Below, piece by piece: positions 1-10,678 of a stretch of 32,000 nucleotides of DNA. The DNA comes from a cyanobacterium endosymbiont of Epithemia clementina EcSB (GTDB taxonomy: Bacteria > Cyanobacteriota > Cyanobacteriia > Cyanobacteriales > Microcystaceae). The stretch lies in NCBI RefSeq assembly GCF_029919255.1, contig NZ_CP123991.1, forward strand, positions 2,890,434 through 2,922,433, written 5' to 3'. A model generated the notes under the pieces. It was given only the letters and a program-made list of their open reading frames with translations, had not been told where the DNA came from and ran no database searches. Within the stretch, counting starts at the first letter, position 1, and the number at the start of each line of letters is the position of its first letter. The position numbers and the translations under genes are program-made.

Positions 1-1
1 G

Positions 2-343
2 GGAATAGACAGCAGTGATGGTTTAGCCGATGGAGTTCTGCAAATCTGCCGTATGAGTGGAGTAGGAGCAAGATTAGAGCGCTCGCAAATTGAGCCTCCT
101 CCAAGTTTATTACAATGGATGTCACCAGAAGAAGCTTTATATTGGACTTTGTATGGAGGAGAAGATTTCGAATTAGTTCTCTGTTTACCCCTAGAATTAG
201 CCAAAAAATTGGTGAAACGCTTAAGAAATGGGGCTGCTATTATTGGAACGATTACAGAAGAACCAAACGTGATTTTAGTTGATAATCAAGAACGATATCC
301 CCCCCAAAAATTAACTCTAACTCAAGGGTTTCAACATTTTTGA
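2..343 (+). CDS. thiL: Thiamine-monophosphate kinase, C-terminal part (5' end outside the window)
   Basis: The frame of the supplied 53..343 ORF is open to the window edge: GIDSSDGLADGVLQICRMSGVGARLERSQIEPPPSLLQW...YGGEDFELVLCLP. The 'DSSDGLAD' and 'YGGEDFELV' motifs are typical of ThiL. Confidence 0.9.
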   Translation, partial: GIDSSDGLADGVLQICRMSGVGARLERSQIEPPPSLLQWMSPEEALYWTLYGGEDFELVLCLPLELAKKLVKRLRNGAAIIGTITEEPNVILVDNQERYPPQKLTLTQGFQHF

Positions 344-521
344 TTGTTGCCAATTTTCTAGTTGAAGTTAGGGGAAAAGACTAATAGTGACATCCTCCAT
401 CAGCACGAAAAAATTTGACAAGAAACATGAAAAAAATAAATTAGTGATGAATAAATGAGCAACTTTTCTAAAAATTGTCTGTTGCCTATTTCCCATTTTT
501 GGCTAAAAAAAGTCTATTTTT

Positions 522-986
522 GAACGCTGAAGAGGTTTGCTCCGAACTCACCAAATAGTAGACTACATCATTTCCTACTTCACTAGACACCAGTTTCATA
601 GTGGTTGTATGGGGATAACCACATACTACATCACGTACCGCATAAAGAACCAATTTTCAACCAATAACTCCCTCAACATCAAGTTGACTAATCACATTGG
701 GGGCAATTCCATATGGGGACAGTCTACATAACCTCGTACGGTTCCATCTAACCCCAAATCTACTAAAAAACCTTTTAACGGTCCATCGCCTTTAATACGA
801 AAATTAATACGAGACCCCTTTCACTTCATACTTGAGGTAAGTAATAACTCCGATGTGATTCCCGGTCCCAGAGCTGCTGTAGCGATATAAGAAAGGTTTG
901 ATCCTACTCTTACTTTTTCGGTTAATCAAGTCTAGATCACACCGACGGCTCTAATTCCGTCTTCTGCTGCGGCAACCCTGATTCAT
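522..986 (-). pseudogene. hslO: Decayed hslO (Hsp33 redox chaperone), N-terminal about 145 residues only, with frameshifts and stops
   Basis: Reverse-strand translation across frames: [93 protein letters not shown] / [58 protein letters not shown]. This follows the Hsp33 N-terminal domain pattern. The C-terminal zinc domain is absent. Confidence 0.9.
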
Positions 987-1249
987 AATATTTGCTATGA
1001 ATATCCTTACATTTCTTAATGTCTATTTTCTTATCCCAATCTAAGGGTCTATATTCTAAGAGAAGAAACAATAGTTCTAGGTAGAGAGTTTCTTCCTCCG
1101 AAAATATTACCTATGAGTAATTTGTTAGAAAGCGGATAACGTCTTGAATGAACATTCCATTCCACAACTCTAGCCTAGTCAACCAACATCCAATTACGGA
1201 TGCCATGACTGGTATCAAAATTACTGAAAATCGATACTTTGGAGTTTTT

Positions 1250-1579
1250 ATGATTCAAATCACACCAGCCGCAGTTAAAGAAGTCCAACGAATGCAGAGT
1301 AGCCGTCAGAAAGTCAACAATTACTTTCGACTAAGGGTGAAAAAGGGAGGGTGTTCAGGACTATGCTATATTTTTGAATTGTCTGAAACCCGACAAGAAA
1401 GTGATTATCTCTACCAACTAGAAGAAATTTCAATGCTGATTGATCAGGCCAGTCTTCCTTATCTTAAAGGGTTACGTTTGGACTATGCTGAAGACTTGAT
1501 GGGTGGGGGTTTCCGCTTCTCTAACCCCCAGGTTGCTGCGACCTGTAGTTGTGGTCTATCCTTTACTATCAAGCATTAA
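1250..1579 (+). CDS. HesB/IscA-family (A-type) iron-sulfur cluster carrier; track start at 1148 is probably too early
   Basis: MIQITPAAVKEVQRMQ...LRVKKGGCSGLCYIFEL...GGGFRFSNPQVAATCSCGLSF has the three conserved cysteines (CSG...CxCG) of A-type carriers. The internal ATG at 1250 matches the usual family start. Confidence 0.88.
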   Translation: MIQITPAAVKEVQRMQSSRQKVNNYFRLRVKKGGCSGLCYIFELSETRQESDYLYQLEEISMLIDQASLPYLKGLRLDYAEDLMGGGFRFSNPQVAATCSCGLSFTIKH

Positions 1580-1697
1580 CCTAAAAAAACACACCTTCAG
1601 GAGTTGACAGACTATCTCCTAGATAGGTATCATGGTAATTTGTCAACGATTATATTAATGATTTAGGGTTGGTTGTAACCCTTATTTGAGTTTACTC

Positions 1698-2072
1698 ATG
1701 CCAACTATTCAACAACTCATTCGCAGCGAACGCTCAAAACTGAAAAAGAAGACGAAATCGCCAGCACTCAAACAGTGTCCCCAACGTCGGGGGGTTTGTA
1801 CCAGGGTTTACACAACTACCCCAAAAAAGCCCAATTCAGCCTTGAGGAAAGTAGCACGGGTTCGTCTTACCTCCGGCTTTGAGGTTACCGCCTACATCCC
1901 TGGGATTGGTCATAATTTACAAGAGCACTCCGTTGTCCTTATCCGTGGAGGTAGGGTCAAAGACCTGCCTGGAGTGCGCTATCATATCATTCGCGGAACA
2001 TTAGATGCGCAAGGGGTCAAAGATCGCAAACAAGGACGTTCTAAATATGGAACTAAACGACCCAAAGGATAG
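1698..2072 (+). CDS. rpsL: 30S ribosomal protein S12
   Basis: [97 protein letters not shown]. Start placed at the ATG at 1698 rather than the TTG at 1686. Confidence 0.98.
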   Translation: MPTIQQLIRSERSKLKKKTKSPALKQCPQRRGVCTRVYTTTPKKPNSALRKVARVRLTSGFEVTAYIPGIGHNLQEHSVVLIRGGRVKDLPGVRYHIIRGTLDAQGVKDRKQGRSKYGTKRPKG

Positions 2073-2347
2073 GATTATAGATAGGGTGTATCTAATTATT
2101 AATTATCCCTAAGTCTAGAAGTATAATTTTCTTTAGTTAGGCGATCATCATATACTTTAGTCCCACCTAGTCTTGCCTTGAAGGATAAACGATTGTAATT
2201 TTCTTAGAGAGAAATCACATTCAAAGGCAATGCTAAATAATGTAAGGCCATAGACGACGAATATCTCCCAAGCATACTATCTATCCTCTTCATGGGAAGA
2301 AGGGGAAACTATAATCACTATCTTAAATTAAAGAGGAAAACCCAACT

Positions 2348-2818
2348 ATGTCTCGCAGAGGAAACATAAAAAGACGACCGGTTCCCCCCGATCCCATTTA
2401 TAACAGCCGTTTACTCAGCATGACAATCCGTCGAGTAATGAAAAGCGGGAAAAAGTCCGTAGCGGCTGGAATTATCTATAATGCGATGACCTCCATCAGT
2501 GAAAAAACGGGAGCTGACCCCTTAGAAGTTTTTGAAAAAGCCATTAAAAATCTGACTCCCTTAGTAGAGGTTAAAGCACGTCGGGTCGGAGGTGCTACCT
2601 ATCAGGTTCCCATGGAAGTTCGTTCCTCACGAGGAACAACCCTAGCTTTACGTTGGTTAGTCCACTATGCTCGTATTAGAGGAGGTCGTACCATGGCGAG
2701 CAAATTAGCCAGTGAAATTATGGACGCAGCTAACGAAACCGGGGGGGCAATGAAGAAGCGGGATGAAACTCACCGTATGGCTGAAGCGAACAAAGCCTTT
2801 GCCCACTATCGCTATTAA
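2348..2818 (+). CDS. rpsG: 30S ribosomal protein S7
   Basis: [39 protein letters not shown]...; str-operon position. Confidence 0.98.
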   Translation: MSRRGNIKRRPVPPDPIYNSRLLSMTIRRVMKSGKKSVAAGIIYNAMTSISEKTGADPLEVFEKAIKNLTPLVEVKARRVGGATYQVPMEVRSSRGTTLALRWLVHYARIRGGRTMASKLASEIMDAANETGGAMKKRDETHRMAEANKAFAHYRY

Positions 2819-2928
2819 GGGCTAGTTTTGCCAGGGAGCAGTGGCTAAGGTCTGATAGAACGCCCATTCTCCTATAGTGTGAACAGATAACCGATGAAAC
2901 TAGTTTATACAAAACCAAGGAGGTAGCT

Positions 2929-5016
2929 GTGGCACGTACTATTCCACTGGAGAAGGTACGAAATATAGGCATTGCAGCCCATATAGATGCAGGCAAAACT
3001 ACTACGACCGAGCGAATTCTGTTCTATACAGGAATCGCTCACAAACTTGGCGAAGTTCATGAAGGGACTGCCACCATGGACTGGATGGCACAGGAACAGG
3101 AACGAGGCATCACCATCACTGCTGCTGCTATTAGTACAAGTTGGCTTGGCCACCGAATTAATATCATTGATACTCCAGGTCATGTAGATTTTACCATTGA
3201 AGTGGAACGCTCTATGCGGGTATTAGATGGTGTAATAGCCGTATTTTGTTCTGTTGGAGGTGTCCAGCCTCAATCGGAGACAGTGTGGCGACAAGCGGAG
3301 CGCTACCAAGTCCCTCGCCTTGCCTTTGTGAACAAAATGGATCGCACCGGAGCTAACTTCTTCAGGGTTTGCGAACAAATTAAGAATCGCCTCAGAGCTA
3401 ATTCAGTGCCGATTCAAATTCCTATTGGGAGTGAAAACGATTTCCGTGGCATTATAGACTTGGTTCGGATGCGGGCTAAAATATATCAAGATGACTTAGG
3501 TAGAAATATCAAAGATACAGATATCCCTGAAGAATTTTTAGAGCAAGCCCTTGAATATCGAAGTAAACTCATTGAAGCGGTAGCCGAAAATAATGAAGAT
3601 CTTTTAGAAAAATATCTCGAGGGAGAAGAATTAACTGAGGCTGAGATTAAACAGGGACTACGTTTAGGAATTCTTAACCGTTCTATAATTCCTCTCCTTT
3701 GTGGTTCTGCTTTCAAAAATAAAGGGGTGCAACTGCTTCTCGATGCTGTAGTTGACTATTTACCCTCCCCCTTGGAAGTGCCAGCAATTAAAGGATTATT
3801 GCCTGATGGAACTGAAGACGAGAGAAAAGCTTTAGACGATGAACCATTCTCCGCACTGGCTTTTAAAATTGCCGCTGATCCATATGGCCGTCTGACCTTT
3901 ATGCGGGTTTATTCGGGGGTTTTGGCTAAAGGAACTTATGTATATAACTCAACCAAAAATAGTAAAGAACGGCTTTCACGCTTGATAGTCTTAAAATCCA
4001 ATGATCGCATTGAAGTTGATGAACTCAGAGCTGGAGACTTGGGCGCTGCCATTGGCTTAAAAAATACTACTACGGGGGATACCCTATGTGATGAGAATAA
4101 GCCAATAATCCTTGAATCTTTATTCATCCCAGAACCGGTTATTTCGGTTGCTGTCGAACCCAAAACCAAACAGGATATGGAGAAGCTTTCCAAAGCCCTT
4201 CAATCTCTCTCTGATGAAGATCCCACCTTCCGAGTGAGTATCAATCCTGAAACCAACCAAACAGTTATTGCTGGGATGGGAGAATTACACTTAGAGATCC
4301 TTGTTGATCGGATGTTGCGAGAATATAAGGTAGAAGCAACAGTGGGTAAACCCCAAGTAGCCTACCGTGAAACCATCCGTAAACCTTGTGACGCGGAAGG
4401 AAAGTATATTCGTCAAAGTGGGGGAAAAGGTCAATATGGGCATGTCATCATTCACGTTGAACCAGGAGAATCGGGAAGCGGTTTTGAATTTATTTCTAAA
4501 ATTGTCGGGGGAATCATACCTAAAGAGTACATCGCCCCTGTGGAACAAGGGATAAAAGAAGCTTGTGGATCAGGTATTATTGCAGGATATCCCGTCATCG
4601 ACCTTAAGGTAACGCTGGTTGATGGTTCCTACCATGATGTTGATTCTTCAGAAATGGCCTTCAAAATTGCCGGTTCAATGGCCATTCGCAATGCGGTCAC
4701 TAAAGCTTCCCCCGTTGTGCTAGAACCAATGATGAAAGTTGAGGTAGAAGTCCCTGAAGATTTTCTAGGAGAGATTATGGGAGATCTAAACTCTCGTCGT
4801 GGCAGCATCGAAGGGATGGAATCTGAAGACTGCCTTGCCAAAGTTTCTGCTCATGTTCCTCTGGCAGAAATGTTTGGTTACGCGACCGATATTCGGTCAA
4901 AAACCCAAGGTCGGGGAATCTTCTCGATGGAATTTAGCCATTATGCCGAAGTCCCGTCCAGTGTCGCCGAAGCGATCATAGCAAAAAACACAGGGAACGC
5001 CTACTACAGTGAATAG
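2929..5016 (+). CDS. fusA: Elongation factor G
   Basis: 695 aa, [35 protein letters not shown]; G1 [10 protein letters not shown]3 DTPGHVD, G4 NKMD. GTG start preceded by AAGGAGG. Confidence 0.98.
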   Translation: MARTIPLEKVRNIGIAAHIDAGKTTTTERILFYTGIAHKLGEVHEGTATMDWMAQEQERGITITAAAISTSWLGHRINIIDTPGHVDFTIEVERSMRVLDGVIAVFCSVGGVQPQSETVWRQAERYQVPRLAFVNKMDRTGANFFRVCEQIKNRLRANSVPIQIPIGSENDFRGIIDLVRMRAKIYQDDLGRNIKDTDIPEEFLEQALEYRSKLIEAVAENNEDLLEKYLEGEELTEAEIKQGLRLGILNRSIIPLLCGSAFKNKGVQLLLDAVVDYLPSPLEVPAIKGLLPDGTEDERKALDDEPFSALAFKIAADPYGRLTFMRVYSGVLAKGTYVYNSTKNSKERLSRLIVLKSNDRIEVDELRAGDLGAAIGLKNTTTGDTLCDENKPIILESLFIPEPVISVAVEPKTKQDMEKLSKALQSLSDEDPTFRVSINPETNQTVIAGMGELHLEILVDRMLREYKVEATVGKPQVAYRETIRKPCDAEGKYIRQSGGKGQYGHVIIHVEPGESGSGFEFISKIVGGIIPKEYIAPVEQGIKEACGSGIIAGYPVIDLKVTLVDGSYHDVDSSEMAFKIAGSMAIRNAVTKASPVVLEPMMKVEVEVPEDFLGEIMGDLNSRRGSIEGMESEDCLAKVSAHVPLAEMFGYATDIRSKTQGRGIFSMEFSHYAEVPSSVAEAIIAKNTGNAYYSE

Positions 5017-5140
5017 CAAATGGTGAAAAGTGGATAGTCAACCCTTAATGGTTAATAATGAACTACGGGTAACTGATTACTAATCACTGAAATTTATCAC
5101 TGTGATTTAAACAGAAGACAAAAAAAGGAACAATTGACTC

Positions 5141-6370
5141 ATGGCACGCGCAAAATTTGAACGGACAAAACCCCACGTTAACATCGGCACCGTCGGTCAC
5201 GTTGATCATGGGAAAACCACCCTCACAGCAGCTATTACCATGACTTTGGCTGCTGCAGGTAGTGCTAAAGCTCGTAACTACGAGGATATTGATGCAGCCC
5301 CTGAAGAAAAAGCGCGGGGTATTACCATCAATACCGCCCACGTTGAATATGAAACACCAACCCGCCACTACGCTCACGTAGACTGCCCAGGACACGCTGA
5401 CTACGTTAAGAACATGATTACCGGAGCTGCTCAAATGGACGGGGGCATCTTGGTAGTATCGGCAGCTGACGGACCTATGCCCCAAACTCGCGAACATATT
5501 TTGTTAGCAAAACAAGTTGGGGTTCCTAGCCTAGTGGTCTTCTTAAACAAAGAAGACCAAGTTGACGACGAAGAACTTCTCGAACTGGTAGAACTTGAAG
5601 TCCGTGAACTCCTTAGTGAGTATGATTTTCCTGGAGATGACATTCCCATCGTCACTGGATCTGCTTTGATGGCCGTAGAAGCTCTAAAAGAAAATCCTAA
5701 GCTTGCTGCCGGGGAAAATGAATGGACAGATAAAATCCTGAAGTTAATGGGAGAAATAGACGCTTATATCCCTGAACCCGAGCGAGAAATCGATAAAGCC
5801 TTCTTGATGGCAGTTGAAGATGTCTTCTCCATTACTGGTCGGGGAACTGTTGCTACCGGACGGATTGAACGGGGCAAGGTTAAAGTAGGTGAAACCGTTG
5901 AGATTGTTGGTATTCGAGAGACCCGTAACACTACTGTTACCGGGGTAGAAATGTTTCAGAAAACTCTTGATGAAGGAATAGCAGGGGATAACGTGGGTCT
6001 GCTTCTACGGGGTATCCAAAAAGAAGACATTGAACGGGGAATGGTTTTAGCTAAACCTGGTTCGATTACTCCCCATACCCTATTTGAAGGTGAAGTTTAT
6101 GTATTAACAAAAGAAGAAGGGGGTCGTCACACGCCTTTCTTCAAGAACTATCGCCCTCAGTTTTATGTCCGTACCACCGATGTAACCGGAACCATCCAAG
6201 ACTACACCGCCGATGATGGCAGTGCAGTAGAAATGGTCATGCCTGGTGACCGGATTAAAATGACTGTGGAACTTATCAATGCTATTGCTATTGAGCAAGG
6301 AATGCGTTTTGCAATTCGCGAAGGTGGCCGTACTATTGGTGCTGGTGTTGTTTCGAAAATTCTCAAGTAG
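5141..6370 (+). CDS. tuf: Elongation factor Tu
   Basis: 409 aa, [33 protein letters not shown]...[21 protein letters not shown]. Confidence 0.98.
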   Translation: MARAKFERTKPHVNIGTVGHVDHGKTTLTAAITMTLAAAGSAKARNYEDIDAAPEEKARGITINTAHVEYETPTRHYAHVDCPGHADYVKNMITGAAQMDGGILVVSAADGPMPQTREHILLAKQVGVPSLVVFLNKEDQVDDEELLELVELEVRELLSEYDFPGDDIPIVTGSALMAVEALKENPKLAAGENEWTDKILKLMGEIDAYIPEPEREIDKAFLMAVEDVFSITGRGTVATGRIERGKVKVGETVEIVGIRETRNTTVTGVEMFQKTLDEGIAGDNVGLLLRGIQKEDIERGMVLAKPGSITPHTLFEGEVYVLTKEEGGRHTPFFKNYRPQFYVRTTDVTGTIQDYTADDGSAVEMVMPGDRIKMTVELINAIAIEQGMRFAIREGGRTIGAGVVSKILK

Positions 6371-6388
6371 GACAACTTAACCTTGATT

Positions 6389-6420
6389 AGCGGCCAGTTA
6401 TCAATTCTTGACTGGTCGCT
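6389..6420 (+). promoter_or_regulatory. 10-bp hairpin in the tuf-rpsJ spacer, no following U-run
   Basis: AGCGGCCAGT (6389-6398) pairs with ACTGGTCGCT (6411-6420), one G-U pair; downstream sequence is gaccgaataacgg. Confidence 0.5.
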
Positions 6421-6475
6421 GACCGAATAACGGATTAATCTATCAATCACAACCGAACCTTGACAACTAAAAATT

Positions 6476-6790
6476 ATGGCTACACTGCAACAAAAAATTC
6501 GGATTCGCTTGAAAGCTTTTGATCGTCGCTTACTTGATACCTCCTGTGAGAAGATTGTTGATACAGCTAACCGAACAGATGCAACCGCAATAGGCCCGAT
6601 TCCTTTACCCACTAAACGTCGGATTTATTGTGTTTTGCGATCACCTCACGTAGATAAAGATTCTCGTGAACACTTTGAAACCAGAACCCACCGAAGAATT
6701 ATTGATATTTATCAGCCTTCTTCCAAAACTATTGATGCTCTAATGAAATTGGATTTACCGGCAGGGGTTGAGATTGAAGTTAAACTATAG
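6476..6790 (+). CDS. rpsJ: 30S ribosomal protein S10
   Basis: [74 protein letters not shown]. Confidence 0.97.
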   Translation: MATLQQKIRIRLKAFDRRLLDTSCEKIVDTANRTDATAIGPIPLPTKRRIYCVLRSPHVDKDSREHFETRTHRRIIDIYQPSSKTIDALMKLDLPAGVEIEVKL

Positions 6791-6902
6791 TATGCAACGA
6801 TTGAGCCTATCCTTTTGATAGAGGATAAAAAACGTTGTACTTAGCAAACCGATGATATCTAGGGCTATTGTATAGCTACTGATAATATTGACTTTAGTTT
6901 TG

Positions 6903-6937
6903 AGAGAGAGAGCACACGGGTATCTCTCTTTTTTATT
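6903..6937 (+). terminator. Likely rho-independent terminator of the str cluster
   Basis: gagagagag-agcacacgggtat-ctctcttttttatttt: stem followed by a T-run, 3' of rpsJ. Confidence 0.6.
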
Positions 6938-7228
6938 TTGACAATAGTTCATCATTAATACTCTTACAAAGAAAAGTAGTGTTTAGCTATTTTTTGCATA
7001 TTCAAAAAATCATTGTTATTTTTAAGCCCATTGTTCTTCTTTATAAAGAAGAGAGAAGTCAATGATACATTATTAAATCTTGTGGAACTCATATTTAATA
7101 ATGGCGTAACAGGCAGTTAGAATATAAATTTTTCAATAACTACAACTAGTTAGTGAAATTTTGGCAGATTAGTACAATGTTGTTTCCCGTGGACTTATCA
7201 ACTTATTACAAGTTTAATTAAGTTAATT

Positions 7229-7816
7229 CTAACTAACATTTTTTGCTTTATTTCTGGGATTCATCTCTTTCGAAGACTTGGATAACTGAGTTTTTGATAA
7301 TATTTGTGGTAACAAATAGCTGACCCCAGAAATTAATGTTAGAACGACAGCCACCCAAAATACAATTGAGCACAGAGTGCCCCACTGAGGACTAAGAGGA
7401 GCAATTAATAGAGCAATGGCTATTATTTGGCTGACGGTCTTTAATTTTCCCCACCAATTTGCCTCTTGAACTTTTCTATTTTGAGTTAAACTCGGATTGA
7501 CTCGCCAGCTAGTAATTGCTAATTCCCGGCCCATAATCAAAAAAACACCCCAAGAGGGAACCTTTTCTAATTCAATTAGACTTAATAACGGGGCGAGAAC
7601 TAATAATTTATCTACTAAGGGATCGAGAAACTTCCCTAATTCTGTAACTTGATTTAATCGCCTTGCTAAGTGGCCATCTAACCAGTCTGTCCCTGCTGAT
7701 ACTAAAAAAATTGCTATGCTAATCCAGCGATGAGATGGGGTAGGATCATGTAGGAAATAAAACATAAATGGCAATCCTAATAAACGCGATAACGTAACTA
7801 AGGTGGGGAGATTCAT
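7229..7816 (-). CDS. pgsA: CDP-diacylglycerol--glycerol-3-phosphate 3-phosphatidyltransferase
   Basis: MNLPTLVTLSRLLGLPFMFYFL...; CDP-alcohol phosphotransferase signature DGHLARRLNQVTELGKFLDPLVDK. Confidence 0.93.
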   Translation of the reverse strand: MNLPTLVTLSRLLGLPFMFYFLHDPTPSHRWISIAIFLVSAGTDWLDGHLARRLNQVTELGKFLDPLVDKLLVLAPLLSLIELEKVPSWGVFLIMGRELAITSWRVNPSLTQNRKVQEANWWGKLKTVSQIIAIALLIAPLSPQWGTLCSIVFWVAVVLTLISGVSYLLPQILSKTQLSKSSKEMNPRNKAKNVS

Positions 7817-7884
7817 CTTTATCTGGCAAGCATTTTCAACTGAATTATAGAAACCTAAATAAACAGATCATTAAAATTACCCAC

Positions 7885-8505
7885 CTAACTTGGGCGATTC
7901 TGCTTTTCATTAGCTATTAGTTTAGCAGCTAAGACTCCGCCGAGAAACCCAAATAGATGGCCTTCCCAAGAAATTCCAGGGCGAGAAGGTAACATTCCTA
8001 ACACTAATCCACCATACAGAAAACTAACAATAATGGACAAAAAAATTGAGACGAAGTTCTGTTGAAAATATCCTCGTAATAGCAAAAATCCCAAATAGCC
8101 AAAAATAAGAATACTAGCCCCAATATGAACTGAACCAGGAACCCCAAATAACCAGACCCCAAAACCACCTACTATCATTGTTAGTAAAGTAACCACCCAA
8201 AAATCACTGGTTTCTTGTAACATTACAAACCAGCTTAAAACCACAAAAGGAAGAGTATTGGCAATTAAATGACTTAATCCACCATGCAAAAATGGAGCAA
8301 ACAAAATTCCTCGTAATCCAATTAAGTCATGGGGAATAATGCCAAATCGGTCTAAACTTCCTTTAAAGATTAACAGATCTAAAAGCTCTAAAACCCAAAA
8401 AACGCTAAGAAATCTCCCTAGGAGATTAACACGGCTTTTTATTTTATAGGAAATGCTATTATCTTTGAGGTAATTCATGGGGCTTATATTTGAGGAAGTT
8501 TTCAC
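7885..8505 (-). CDS. Rhomboid family intramembrane serine protease
   Basis: Multi-TM protein with HLIANTLP, HIGASxLIFGYLGFLLLRGYF and EGHLFGFLGGVLAA, matching rhomboid catalytic regions. Confidence 0.88.
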   Translation of the reverse strand: MKTSSNISPMNYLKDNSISYKIKSRVNLLGRFLSVFWVLELLDLLIFKGSLDRFGIIPHDLIGLRGILFAPFLHGGLSHLIANTLPFVVLSWFVMLQETSDFWVVTLLTMIVGGFGVWLFGVPGSVHIGASILIFGYLGFLLLRGYFQQNFVSIFLSIIVSFLYGGLVLGMLPSRPGISWEGHLFGFLGGVLAAKLIANEKQNRPS

Positions 8506-8606
8506 TTCAAGTCAACTTTGATCTGACCAAGCTAAGATATATTAACGATAATAGATTCTAAAATCAAAGTTTCACGGTAAAACTATCGATTAAATCGCCA
8601 AAAACT

Positions 8607-8972
8607 ATGGAATTCATTGAAATTACTAAAATTAGGTCCTACGGCTACACGGGATATTTGCCAGAAGAACAGGTATTAGGTCAGTGGTTTGAAGTTGATA
8701 TAATCATAGGACTTGATCTAACCTCCGCCGGAAACAGCGATCAAATTAAAGATACATTGGATTATCGTCAAGTGATCGCCATCGTTAAACGTCTTATTGC
8801 CACCGAAAAATTTGCCCTAGTTGAAAAACTGGCTGAGGTGATTGCTCAAAAAATATTAATTTTGAACAAGGTTCAACTAGTTAGAGTTCGTTTAAGTAAA
8901 CTGGCAGCTCCTATTCCTGATTATAACGGAAAAATTACCATTGATATGACAAAAAGACGAAAAACAATCTAA
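8607..8972 (+). CDS. folB: Dihydroneopterin aldolase
   Basis: MEFIEITKIRSYGYTGYLPEEQVLGQWFEVDIIIGLDL...TLDYRQVIAIVKRLI...LVEKLAEVIAQKIL. Confidence 0.88.
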   Translation: MEFIEITKIRSYGYTGYLPEEQVLGQWFEVDIIIGLDLTSAGNSDQIKDTLDYRQVIAIVKRLIATEKFALVEKLAEVIAQKILILNKVQLVRVRLSKLAAPIPDYNGKITIDMTKRRKTI

Positions 8973-9371
8973 ATCTTTACCTTTGTTAGTAAGGTAAAGT
9001 ATAAATATGAAGTTTAATCATAAAATTTACAGAAAAATCTTAGATTCTAGGGTAGAAGTTAATGGCACAACAGCCAGATTCTCTTCACCAAAAATATCTA
9101 GTTATGTCAAAGATTATAACGATTTTTTATAAAAAGATTCAATAAATTTATAGTAATATGCTAGTTTTGGCTAAAATAAGGCTAATATCCTGCACTTTCA
9201 AGCAGATGCAGTTATAATAGAATCTGTCATCTTAATAACAAGAGACTATAAAAAATAGCTTAGTTATATTCTCAATTAAAATCTCACTACTAGAAAAGTG
9301 TTTAAAAAACAATAGCTAATCTCTGGAGAGATTATACTCAATAAAGAGTTTCTTTTAGATAGAGTTCTTGT

Positions 9372-9986
9372 ATGAGTGTTGAGTCTGAGATTAGACGATT
9401 ATCGGATCTTATGCCAGCTTCTGGACGAATGTTAACCAAAATTATTAGCAAACCTCAGCAATCAAAGGTAATTGATGCGCCATTTTCTCCTCCTTGGAAT
9501 CGAAATAACCGTCCTATATATATTAACTTTAATTTATGGTGGCAATTACCACAAGGACAACGAGATTTACTACTTTTAAGAGCAACTACCAGTTTAATTG
9601 GAATTAAATGGCTTAAGCCTAATTTATATCAAGGAATTACTGCAGCCGGATTAGTAGGACTGACAGTTCAAACGGCTCAAGGGGATATTTTAGGAATGAT
9701 AGTTTCTGGAGGATTAACCGCAATCTCCGCTTATCAAATTTGGCGCAATAACCTAAGTATGCAACGGGAACTCGATGCTGATGAAGAAGCTATTAAAATT
9801 GCTTTTAGACGAGGCTATAATTCGGTAGAAGCCTCGAAAAATCTACTTAATGGGCTTGAAGCATCTTCGCAATTGGAAAGACGTTTCAGTCTCAGTTTTA
9901 CGGAGTTAATTCGTTGCCAACATCTTAAGGAACTCGCAAATATCTCCCCGATTGGCGTTCCTGAAATGGTAAAAACAAGAAAATGA
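9372..9986 (+). CDS. Conserved cyanobacterial protein, DUF3318-like
   Basis: 204-aa ORF MSVESEIRRLSDLMPASGRMLTKIISKPQQSKVIDAPFSPPWNRNNRPIYINFNLWWQLPQGQRDLLLLRATTSL; resembles the cyanobacterial DUF3318 family from memory, not searched. Confidence 0.7.
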   Translation: MSVESEIRRLSDLMPASGRMLTKIISKPQQSKVIDAPFSPPWNRNNRPIYINFNLWWQLPQGQRDLLLLRATTSLIGIKWLKPNLYQGITAAGLVGLTVQTAQGDILGMIVSGGLTAISAYQIWRNNLSMQRELDADEEAIKIAFRRGYNSVEASKNLLNGLEASSQLERRFSLSFTELIRCQHLKELANISPIGVPEMVKTRK

Positions 9987-10362
9987 TTAGTTACAATCAA
10001 TTGCTCCATATATAAATTGAAGTTACTCAATTGAGCAGATAATTTTTTTTAAGACTTAATGATAAACTAAACTGTATCTTATCGGGATAGAGACTGCTAT
10101 ATTGGGTTTCTTTAACTGACTCTTTTTCTGAATCATTCCTAAAAAACTAGACGAATTTTCTGAGAATTAGATGGAAAATCACTAAAACAATTTGAGAAAT
10201 ATTAAACTGGATATTTTTACCAAAAACTTCAATTGTGTAATTAAATTTACACAATTGAAGTTTTTTATTAAATCAATTCTAAAGATTAACTAGTTTTACA
10301 TTGATCATTAATCAGGATTAATAAGTTATGATTGATAAAATCACGTTATTGGGGAAATGTTA

Positions 10363-10572
10363 ATGAACTCAGGAAAAATAGTTGCTATTATTACAGGAAC
10401 AGTCTCTATTTTTTTAGCGATTGCTTATCTTATTCTAGTACAATTACTAGACATTAGAGGGGAAACGATTCCTGGCTCAAACTTCAATAATAAACAGATA
10501 TCAATTCATGAAGTTGTCAACAATAAGATAAATAATTGTGAAGTTTTAAATGCAAAAGGGATAATCGTTTAG
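10363..10572 (+). CDS. Small single-TM hypothetical protein
   Basis: MNSGKIVAIITGTVSIFLAIAYLILVQLLDIRGETIPG...; N-terminal hydrophobic helix. Confidence 0.6.
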   Translation: MNSGKIVAIITGTVSIFLAIAYLILVQLLDIRGETIPGSNFNNKQISIHEVVNNKINNCEVLNAKGIIV

Positions 10573-10678
10573 TAGCTATTAGATAGACTGAGCAAAAGTG
10601 ATAAAGAATTATTGATATAAAAAAATACCCCCGATGATTCCTAGAATTATCGGAAATTGTCCACTGATAAGGATTTGA

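Noticed and set aside
537-731. Supplied 64-aa plus-strand ORF
   Set aside because: It lies antisense to the hslO pseudogene; no family resemblance and poor coding character.
2987-5016. Several 60-92 aa ORFs on both strands within fusA
   Set aside because: They fully overlap a highly conserved gene and look like alternative-frame artefacts.
5084-6612. Antisense ORFs over tuf and rpsJ (137, 74 and 136 aa)
   Set aside because: Shadow frames of strongly constrained genes; no recognizable domains.
7035-7052. 18-bp perfect palindrome tcttctttataaagaaga after rpsJ
   Set aside because: Short, AT-rich and not placed at a gene boundary that needs it; plausibly chance.
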